Shown here: piece after piece, positions 1 to 10,742 of the stretch | Numbering within the stretch: the stretch's first letter is position 1 | Layout of the letters: each line of letters starts with the position of its first letter | Assembly: GCA_965644295.1 (NCBI GenBank) | Contig: CBFFRP010000400.1 | Location: 139,747-203,746 of the forward strand | From: Paraphysomonas bandaiensis | Lineage: Eukaryota > Protista > Chrysophyceae | DNA: 64,000 bases | Direction: 5' to 3' | Notes under the pieces: generated by a model | Told to the model about the DNA's origin: nothing | Databases searched by the model: none | The model's input: the letters and a program-made list of their open reading frames with translations, nothing else | Position numbers and translations under genes: made by a program

Positions 1-275
1 CTAATATTAGTCATTGTCAGGGGATAGGCAACGAAGTCTAGTAACTGATAGCGACCTATTGCTCGCTCGCAAAGAAGCAAGCAGGGCTTTAGCGAGTGCT
101 TGAAAGTTGCGACAAAGCTGTGTGATTATTATTACACAGAGGTGTGTCCTTGTTACTTGTGATTCAATCTCGCACGTCATTAACATGCGGGGCTAATACC
201 AAGTACAAGTACACAGGCTGTTGCTAAAAATCCTGCAAGGACCAATAAAAGGCACAAACCCAATCATTATTTATC

Positions 276-1694
276 ATGCATACACCTACTGAGGGTAATA
301 AGCGTGGAAAGCAAGGAAAAAAGACCTCACCCCAGAAGTCCGAGGTTCCTCAGGAAGAAATAACTGAAACTAAGCAAACAGCTCCAAGCGCGGCCGCAGG
401 AAGAAGTGATCCCATGGTGGGTGCAAGCTCTAATCAAGAGATTTTAGACACGCTCAGGACAATGTCAACCACATTCACAGACGTTGTCTCATCAGTCTCG
501 ACATTAAATGATAGGATGCAGAGTCTGGAGGAGAAGGTTCATGGACTGCAAGACACTGATCAAGTTCAATCTCAACATTCAAGTAGCCCTGGTGCGTCAG
601 CAAGCGCAAAGCACAAGCAATCTTCTAAGCCGGAGCAAAGGAAGCCCAGATATTCCACAATGGGTGACCTAGCAAACTTTCGACCCAATCCAATGCAGAA
701 GGAGGAGGAGGAAGATTCTACCTCAGAATCCAATGCAGAGAATGCAACTGTACCTAAAAATCTGGCCGCGGAACAAATATTCAAGGGCAAGAAGCCAGGA
801 AAACTTTTCAGAGATTTAAAGAAGAGCGCGGAGGTAGCAAATTCCAGAACGGTTACCATCACGAGGGAAGAGAAGCGTTGCCCGGTGCGCATAGAATCTC
901 TAAAGTTAGGAGTAGTGGCCAAAGCAATTAATGACATCCTAGTATTCCAAGAGGAGGAGGAAACTGTAGTCCGTGTACAGAAAGTTCTGTCCAGGAGTGT
1001 TAAGGATCATCTGCGAAATGTTTACAGCATTGCTTACTCAGATTTGGCTGCTATGGACTTATCAGACTTATTGAGAATCGTTGCGAGAGAGACGCGAGTG
1101 TTCAATTGCGTGGGTTTCTACAACGAGCTCAGAGATGCTTTGAAGCACATCAGAATTATGGAATGGAAGCACGTAAACTCAGCTACTTTCGAAACGTTCT
1201 ACAATCAGCAATTGAAGCTGATTCAAGCATTTAAGACCATATTGTCTATAATGTTGGACTCGGACAACAAGAAGTGGTGCCCGAGGGTTGATGATAAAGA
1301 ATTCGGTTTGATTCGTCTTTTCAAAAACCTGAATGATGGAAGTTATGTGAAGTTCGTCCTAGGATGCATGTCTTCCAACCGCTTTGATTCTATGAATGAA
1401 TTTTTTGAAGAGTACTCAGCTATTCTGTTGGATCATTACCAAGTAACTATAGCTTACAAGCAAATACCTTTTGAGTCGAACATGCAGTTTCAACAAAAGC
1501 ATGACGACTACATCAAAAGAAAGAGAGAGTTATTCAGCCAGCACAACAATAGCTCCAACTCTAGGAAGCCACAAACTAACCCACGTTTCTCAAGAGTGTC
1601 TCACATTGATACAAACGAAGAGTGTGAGGATTATAGTTACTGTAAGGATGAGTTACATATGGAGGAAGCTTGGGATGCACCCAGTGAGACTTGA
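276..1694 (+). mobile_element. Gag-like ORF of a probable Ty3/gypsy LTR retrotransposon, truncated by a rearrangement at ~1690
   Basis: Intronless 472-aa ORF: coiled-coil/low-complexity N-terminus, helical core. Preceded by a hairpin-rich ~260-nt leader after a possible LTR end (..TAGTCA at 13). No pol follows; the stop lies at the junction with unrelated inverted sequence. Confidence 0.55.
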
Positions 1695-3948
1695 ATCTTC
1701 ATCAAAAAGTCCACGCACTTCTTCCTTGTCTACTGTGTGGCACGGTTCACACAATAACTTCAGAGCCGAACATCCCTTCTCTGCGATTATAAATTGTGAC
1801 CCACATCGTGAGCACTGATCAAAATCATCAGTGTCACTAGTAGAAGAATCTGAGTCACAGCTCATAGTTTACTATATTAATATTATATGGTCAATGCCAA
1901 ATATATATTAATATAGTAATATGGTCAACGTTGTGTGTATATGTATATATATAATGGTGTGTTAAGTTATGCATATATATTATGGTCATGATGTGCGTGT
2001 TGTAGTCACTGCTCGTGCAGTGTGGTTGCGGTGTCGTGTGCTGCACACCGCGTCCTCACCACACACTCATGACGCGTGTTCGATTCTCTTGTGGATTGCT
2101 TTTGGTCAAATTCAAATTTTTTTTGTACGTGTTTTTCTATATGTTATGCTGCGCTTGATCTGTGGGGTGATCTGAGAGCATATTTGAAAATGCACTTCAC
2201 TCACAATCATTCATATCATCATTATTATCACACCCCGCTACCACACTAACACAACACAGTAGCTCACAACACTAATAAGTTCTTCGAAGGTAATCACATT
2301 CAGTTCTTGTAAACCTCTGTATGCGCTGTGCTGCCTCTCAACACTATAGTGTATGTTACGCTTTGCCCTGCTGGCTCATAATCTGCTCCGTATGGTTCAG
2401 CATGTGCATGTGATGGCATCTGGTTCATACTTGTATATGTATGACTGTATAATATAGCGAATTAGAAATGCATCTACAGAGTGTGAGTCATTCTTTTGCC
2501 CCTGCACAAACTCTGCAACCGGCAGCTGAACGGGGTTTCACTGCAGGATGTAGCTTGTGCTGAGCGATGGCAATGAATGTTCACTTGTATAATAGTGTAT
2601 GTTACGCGTTGCCCTGGCACATATTCTGCTCCATATGGTATACGTATGTATGAAACCGATGCCATCACATGCACATGCTGAACCATATGGCCATATGGAG
2701 CAGAATATGTGCCAGGGCAACGCGTAACATACACTATTATACAAGTGAACATTCATTGCCATCGCTCAGCACAAGCTACATCCTGCAGTGAAACCCCGTT
2801 CAGCTGCCGGTTGCAGAGTTTGTGCAGGGGCAAAAGAATGACTCACACTCTGTAGATGCATTTCTAATTCGCTATATTATACAGTCATACATATACAAGT
2901 ATGAACCAGATGCCATCACATGCACATGCTGAACCATACGGAGCAGATTATGAGCCAGCAGGGCAAAGCGTAACATACACTATAGTGTTGAGAGGCAGCA
3001 CAGCGCATACAGAGGTTTACAAGAACTGAATGTGATTACCTTCGAAGAACTTATTAGTGTTGTGAGCTACTGTGTTGTGTTAGTGTGGTAGCGGGGTGTG
3101 ATAATAATGATGATATGAATGATTGTGAGTGAAGTGCATTTTCAAATATGCTCTCAGATCACCCCACAGATCAAGCGCAGCATAACATATAGAAAAACAC
3201 GTACAAAAAAAATTTGAATTTGACCAAAAGCAATCCACAAGAGAATCGAACACGCGTCATGAGTGTGTGGTGAGGACGCGGTGTGCAGCACACGACACCG
3301 CAACCACACTGCACGAGCAGTGACTACAACACGCACATCATGACCATAATATATATGCATAACTTAACACACCATTATATATATACATATACACACAACG
3401 TTGACCATATTACTATATTAATATATATTTGGCATTGACCATATAATATTAATATAGTAAACTATGAGCTGTGACTCAGATTCTTCTACTAGTGACACTG
3501 ATGATTTTGATCAGTGCTCACGATGTGGGTCACAATTTATAATCGCAGAGAAGGGATGTTCGGCTCTGAAGTTATTGTGTGAACCGTGCCACACAGTAGA
3601 CAAGGAAGAAGTGCGTGGACTTTTTGATGAAGATTCAAGTCTCACTGGGTGCATCCCAAGCTTCCTCCATATGTAACTCATCCTTACAGTAACTATAATC
3701 CTCACACTCTTCGTTTGTATCAATGTGAGACACTCTTGAGAAACGTGGGTTAGTTTGTGGCTTCCTAGAGTTGGAGCTATTGTTGTGCTGGCTGAATAAC
3801 TCTCTCTTTCTTTTGATGTAGTCGTCATGCTTTTGTTGAAACTGCATGTTCGACTCAAAAGGTATTTGCTTGTAAGCTATAGTTACTTGGTAATGATCCA
3901 ACAGAATAGCTGAGTACTCTTCAAAAAATTCATTCATAGAATCAAAGC
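1381..3948. repeat. Long inverted duplication: 1258-bp arms 1381-2638 and 2691-3948, 52-bp spacer
   Basis: Mirror ORFs have coordinates summing to 5329 (1969/3360, 1653/3676, 1471/3858). Arms are identical by inspection; pairing fails at 1380/3949. Confidence 0.97.
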
Positions 3949-6866
3949 ACAAATAATTCCTTACTTCTTGTATATATTATTATGTAGTTATGAAAGAACC
4001 GTTAGCCCTCTTAAATACATACACAGCTCTTCTTGCTGCTGTATCATGTGCATGATGACATGTGCATGTGACGGTTGCTACTTGTATCGCAACCGCGATC
4101 CAAGTGCAGCTTTGATAGTCAACCGGCTGCGCATAGTCTGTCTGGGAGAAATCCGTCGCCTCAATCGGGACGAGAAGAGGCTATACCTGCTTAACAAATT
4201 CCGCACCTTCCAGGTAAATTTAAATGTTGATTCAATATACATATTTCAATATTCAATAGTAATATCTCGTTTGTATTTAATAGGTGCGGGTCACGAAGTA
4301 CAAGAAGTATAAGTTTAGCATTGTGGTGGGGGAGGGGGATAATATGCACCTAGTGTGCCGTATGGGGTTCTGTTGTGCGTATGCGGTGTCCCATTGGTAC
4401 CTGGACAACTTAATTTGTCGACTAAAACGAAGGGACATGAACTCTCTGACCGAGTTATCTACTAGCCCCCGGGCTATCCTATGTGAAGTATCGGACAAAA
4501 AGCTCATTGGGTTTGCGTCCAGATTTGGTATAAACTTGAATGTGGAACAGTTGGGTGCCCTCCGAATGTCAGATTCCGAACAGTCCGCTGTGTGTGCTGC
4601 GTGGATGACCTGGTGGGTGATCAAGTCCCCGACTCTGACTCGGAGATTCACCTCGAGCCCATTCCTAAGAAGAATGTGTACTCGGAGTACCGCTTTGACA
4701 TGGAACAGATTAGTGAGATTCCACTTCAGCTGCAGACATTCCTGCAGATATGGAAGAAGATTTTCTCGTACGTCAAGGTTCGGAAATATAAGCAGAGTTG
4801 TGGGCATTGCAATACTTGTGCCATGCTATCGGATAAGCGTCGCCAGTTCAGAGATCGAAGGGGGCGGGAGGAGATTACGAATCTTTACGCCCTACACCGT
4901 CTAAGTACTATGCAGGAACGCCGTCGGTACTACTCCAGACGACTTGAAGCACAGCTCCCCCCGCAGTTAGTACTGTCCACCATTTCAGATGGTATGCAGC
5001 AAAATCATTGTATGCTTCCCTGGTTTGGACATAATAAGATGCCTGCCATCCACATCAAACAACACTTACAGGGTGTGTTGATGCATGGCAAAAATATGAC
5101 ATTATACAGGACTTTTGCCAATGTTGGTGGTGGTGCCAACCTTGCCATACATACATGGCTATTAAGTCTGGATGAGCTACACCAGAAGGGAGAGTTGCCA
5201 AAGGTCCTCTATCATCAGATTGATGGTGGTTCAGAGAATGCTAACAAGGAAATGTATGCCATTTGTGAGCTGCTAGTAGCTTCCGGGCTTGTCGACAAGG
5301 TTGTCTTAACAAGACTTCCTGTCGGGCATACGCATGAAGACATTGATGCAAACTTTGCCCTTATATGGAGAATGCTGCGTGATGAATACATCTGTACTCC
5401 CTCGGAATTTTCTACTCTGATTTATAGAGCATTGAAGAAGAAAGTTGAAGTTTCAGTGATAGACTTATTTGTCCTACCTGATTATTGCAAGATTTTGGAA
5501 GGGTGCATTGATGTAGATATCGGCCGCTTCGCAAAGGAGGAGTGGACCCAACTGCAGTTCACGTTTGAGAGGGTGGTCACTCCTACCGAGTTGACTGAAC
5601 ATCCTCTTGGCGTGAAGACATCATATCGGGCATATGCCTCAGAGGAATACATCGAAATTGTCGAGGACACTGACCAGCAGTCTCTCTGTGGCCTCGTTGC
5701 TCAACTTTGTGAAGTGCAGAGTTATCCTCTCCCTAGTGAAAAGCCCTTGAACTTCTTGAAGAATCTTCCAAGCGGTGACTTTTCCCCACAGCCCCCTTCA
5801 TAGCTGGATCTTTTGAGTTAACTTCAGCTCTGTGCAAGAAAATGATAGAACAATATTCAACGCATAAGCCGAAGGTGGCCGAGGAATGGAAAGAGTGGCT
5901 GGAGATTTCTCCCAAGAGTAATAGTGCTCAAGATTTTGTCACCGAAATTGGTGGAATATTTATTCCACTAAGAGATGTCCTATTCAGTGGGACTGGAGTG
6001 TCCGATTTTGAAGTGGAATGCAGACATAGAGGAGTACGCGGAGGGCTATATGGATCCCATGCAGACGGAATTAGGAGGGTCAAGGCTACGGCTTGTGTTC
6101 TACACAACGAGAACAAAACTTCCGGCGCAAGGAAGATACCCCCACGAGTTGTCGTCCGGAGTTGTGATGGTTCTACACCCACCGATATGGTCGGAGTCTT
6201 GCCCAATGTATACCCCGGCAGAGAAGAGCAGCGTGCGGCGAGGAAGAAGACAAATGTTGAAAGAAAAGAAGCACGTGCAAAGAAGGCGAGGCTTGATGCC
6301 AGGAGGAGGGAGGAAGGCTGGGATTGTGGTGATATAATCGTCAATGACTCAGACGATAGTAATCAATCTGGTATGTTATTGTGTTGTAGATGTTATATTA
6401 TTATGCCATGTTTATATCTGTACAATATCAGGACAAGAGGTGGAGTCATCATCGTCTGATGACGATGGTAACCCCTCTATCACGTATTCTCCTGGGGACG
6501 AAATTGTTACTGTGACTAGGATGCGTGGTATTGTCCATGCTGTCAATGATGATGGTACCTATCATCTTGTTTACAAAAGCAAGAAGAGATGTGGTGCCAC
6601 CAGGGAGGATAAGTCAGTGCGCTCCAAATACTTCTCGCTTGCATCTGGTATACTTTATATATATGCTTGTTTGTGTACTGTACCTAATATTGAATATAGC
6701 CCACCAGGATAAGCCTGATAATATTCCCTCCAGTAAAAGAGACAATATTCCGAGGTGGAGATATATCCAGGAACCCACTAAGGAGTGGGTAGACACAGGT
6801 GCAGTTGATTCTGCTTCTATTATTACTGGTAAACGTACCAGAAGTTCAGTTGATTATCGCTTGTAA
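3464..6866 (+). pseudogene. Disrupted multi-exon DNA-transposase-like gene (RNase-H-like, DUF7869/Sola-like)
   Basis: Motifs CGHCNTC, ISDGMQQ, HQIDGGSENANK, LPVGHTHEDIDANF in ORF 4592-5803. Putative exon 1 (MSCDSD..CSRC..CEPC) at 3464 is interrupted by inverted gag (~3638-3948). Apparent frameshifts at ~4605 and ~5795. GT-AG introns near 4214-4283 and in the 3' part. Confidence 0.65.
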
Positions 6867-8569
6867 GTATAGATAGCACTTTGTAATATATATAATAGTG
6901 CTATCTATAGTATGCATGTATTAACCGTTACATTCTCACTTTTCGGACCTGTAACTAATATAAAACTTATTAAATGTCTCCAAAAACATGTTCTCTTTAC
7001 ACCTACTACATTACTTATTGCAAAACATATAAAAAACACAACTTAAATCGACATTTTCAAAATTTCACCAGGTTTAGAGCGCTTCTCCAGGTTTGTTCAT
7101 CACATCAACTTATAGTTAGATCTAACCTAACCCTAACCCTAATCGAATAGCAAATCATATATCTAACTATGACGCAGCCTCGATTGACAACTCAGCTGAC
7201 CTCACAGTTTGGTTTGAAAACCAAGACTATGGCTCGTGATAACACTAACTACTATCACTATGCAGGTATCAAGAAAATGAGACCAAAGAAGTGATATTTT
7301 TACAGGTAATTTTTATTTCAATCAACTATACTCGAGTGACTGACTCCCACGAAGAATCAGCACGCAAACACCACCGCTAGTGATGTCAGGTCGCTAGTAC
7401 CCAAGTATGGTTAACATAAACAAAACTGAGTCACAACAGAAACATAAAGTATGAAGACAACCGTAGAGCTGCACACACACAACGTCATCCATGTCACACT
7501 GTGTTGCAACACACAACCACAACGCAGGCTGTGTCATACAAGCAGTATAACAATATACAGTCATGTCAACGACTCTATCAAATACGGTTGTATAACACTG
7601 TATAATGTATATCGTGTTGCATTCCTCATAACTACAATGGTACTTGGAAATACTAGCTAACGTACACTTTCATATGTAAGATGCAATAGAGGAGCCATAT
7701 ATAAGCTCCCGATAAATAGGAACTTCTCGTTGCTTTGCTTTCATCATGTAAGTCCAGTATCTTAGGCGCAAGGAGCTTCACCAACGAGCGGCAAACGGTG
7801 TACTGGGACCCTACTTTGCATTGTGCTCCATTGGGCACATATTAGCCATATGGAGGCCACCCAGTGATACACGTGTATACCCACCAATGGAGGTAATGGT
7901 CTCTGGATGTGCAATGGTGGAGGTAATGGTCTCTGGATGTGCTTCCTGCCCGTGACCAGTGTATGTATGCAGGGTCTGTGTAATACTTCCGATGCGGCTG
8001 TAGAGGTCTGCATGGCGTGTCTCTGATATACTTGTCGCTGAGGCTGAGTTGCCATAATCTATAATATGAAAAGTATCTATAATTTATCTACTGGTATATA
8101 CAGATCAAGACTCAATTTAAAGCGTAAACGTTATGATGGCGATGAAAGTACCCCTGTTCAGTTCTGCTATTTGAGAGCAATTGAAAGTTGTAGTTCGAAG
8201 AGATTTGACTTTTATTACTATTAATGGAAGACTACAGAAGTGGTTAACTGTATTATGAGAACTAATGTTAAAATAGTAATCATAGTACTGAAACTTCAAT
8301 ATATTGACCGTATAAGATCGTGATATATAAGATTTTATGGAAATGATTGGTAGTTACGACAATATGAATTTTGCGATTGACAAGTGATATTGATCATAAG
8401 TTTATTATATTTACTTTTTATTTCTAACTTTATCTAAGCATAATAGAGTGAAAATATTGTTAAGTTATGTCATTTTCCAACAACCCCATTATATATTCAA
8501 CTTGAATGTAATGTAACAAGCCCACAAACCCTTGATTTTAAAATTTATGTTGAGCAAAATATATCTTTC

Positions 8570-9297
8570 GGAAGTGGTTGCACCTTGGTGCTTGCGGCGA
8601 CGCACAAGCAGCTTCCGTAGCGTTAAATTGTAGGATAATGGAGTTTGCGCTGATTAGTTATGGGTAGAGGTCTAACTAGTATGTCTAGCATTCAACTAGC
8701 CACTATATTGGCACAGTTTTCTAACGCCTATTGCTAAATAAAAGACTTTCAATATATATATCTTTCGGCATTGAAATAGCAACAGACAAGATAATCGATA
8801 ACTAAACCTTTTTTAACACAATAACATTAAATATAGACTAATTATTATCTCAACATATAGCAGGATTTGCTTGCGGCAACGCACAAGCAGCTTTCGTAGC
8901 GTTATATAGTAGATATAAGAATTTGTACTAGTTAGTTCCAGCAGGTAGAAGTCTAAAGTCTATCTACTATCCAGCATGACTAGTTTTCATCTAACCAGTT
9001 ATCTAGGAGTGCAGATCCCTGACGCCTATTGCTAATAATAAGAATTTTATATAGTAGGGTTTACGAACGATATATTGAATTGCAATGTGTTGTACAATTG
9101 TAAAATACATTGATTCGTGGTATGGTTATCATGTGATCTTAGTGAATAGTATTAAAAAAGTATGTGTTTAATTACTGATTAATAGTACTAATATATTGAA
9201 ATAGTAGTGTTGGGCCGGTTTAAAAACTCCATTCAGTATTATTGTTGAGACGCTTTCTAATGATAGTATTGTAATAGATCGTTCCCTAGCCCTGACA
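8570..9297 (-). mobile_element. LTR-retrotransposon remnant: candidate LTR 9297-9030 (TG..CA) plus two tandem copies of the downstream leader
   Basis: Minus strand reads TGTCAGGG...TATTAGCA then ATAGGCGTC. The core CTTGCGGC(G/A)ACGCACAAGCAGCT recurs at ~8590 and ~8870, and at 42310-42360 and 42730-42780. Confidence 0.5.
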
Positions 9298-9976
9298 TAT
9301 AGTATATATAATGCATAAAGTACAACTCAATATATCTGAAACTCAGGTTCGAGCAATGGCTAACACAGGAGACGGGATTCCATCACCATATTATGTCCTT
9401 GAATTCTCAAAAGGAATTTCTAAGGGCTGACCCTCCTGTCTCATATCTGAATTATCTCTATACGATCAATATAACATACGTTCTCTCATCTCATTGATTC
9501 TTTAGATCTTATTCAACCCGTTTATTACCCTCACATTAGATATGGAATTACTGGAACACTGCTGTACTGTATATATCAATCATGGGATCTTTTGTATGTA
9601 TTATCAGTCATCCTCTGAGTCTCTCTTACCAATATGGTACCAGATATAACAGTAATATACATAGTCATGATACTGGAGCGTTCAGTTCATCAGCAGTGGA
9701 AGGTGATGATGAAACCTGAAGTTGTTTCACTCTATTGCTGCTGTATATCCTCCATGACTGGAGGCTCCATGACTCTCTCTCTATATGTATATATATATAT
9801 ATATATATGAACTTAGTACACTGAGTTGAGTAATATTACTATAACACTTCTAAGTGTATTTAGAATAGAATCACAGGGATACAGAAGGGTTATAGTAATA
9901 TTACTGAGCTTAGTGTATCATGTTTAATATGTATGTATATATAGAGCTCTGAGTGATAATGGAGACTATGAAGGAG

Positions 9977-10374
9977 TGTATGTATGTATGTATGTATGTA
10001 TGTATGTATGTATGTATGTATGTATGTATGTATGTATGTATGTATGTATGTATGTATGTATGTATGTATGTATGTATGTATGTATGTATGTATGTATGTA
10101 TGTATGTATGTATGTATGAGTGTATGTATGTATGTATGTATGTATGTATGTATGTATGTATGTATGTATGTATGTATGTATGTATGTATGTATGTATGTA
10201 TGTATGTATGTATGTATGTATGTATGTATGTATGTATGTATGTATGTATGTATGTATGTATGTATGTATGTATGTATGTATGTATGTATGTATGTATGTA
10301 TGTATGTATGTATGTATGTATGTATGTATGTATGTATGTATGTATGTATGTATGTATGTATGTATGTATGTATG
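9977..10374. repeat. (TATG)n microsatellite, ~400 bp
   Basis: Direct observation. Confidence 0.99.
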
Positions 10375-10742
10375 AAGATGAAGAGCTCGTATGTATTTAT
10401 AGATGTACTCATGTACCCATGTACACTACACCATGATACTATACAGCAGTACAGTATACAAGCTCATCTATACACACTCTTATATCAGATCAGAGTACAG
10501 GTACACCAGTACAACAGTACAGCAGTGTGAAGGGCATAGGCACTGTATATATACATACATACTGTACATATACATACTCTATGGTACTGCTGTACTGATG
10601 TTACTGCAGATATGTACTGCTGTACAGAGCTAGATGGATGTATGTATATATCAAGGACATGCATGCAACTGTGCAACACAATCTCACTTATTAACCTACC
10701 CACACACAGTCTACTCCTCTGTCATATATAAGGTGCAATATC

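Noticed and set aside
7122-7143. Telomere-like CCCTAA repeats
   Set aside because: Only about three imperfect units, internal; insufficient for a telomere or healing site.
7762-8055. 97-aa ORF with a duplicated HIQRPLPP
   Set aside because: Explained by a 30-bp local duplication; no recognisable domain.
9340-9445. GGTTCGA T-loop-like motif and a nearby stem
   Set aside because: No cloverleaf or A-box could be built.
9953-10530. MYVC/IHTY-repeat ORFs (also 34278-34784, 36927-37843, 49901-50915, 51112-52621)
   Set aside because: Translations of stop-free micro/minisatellites, not genes.
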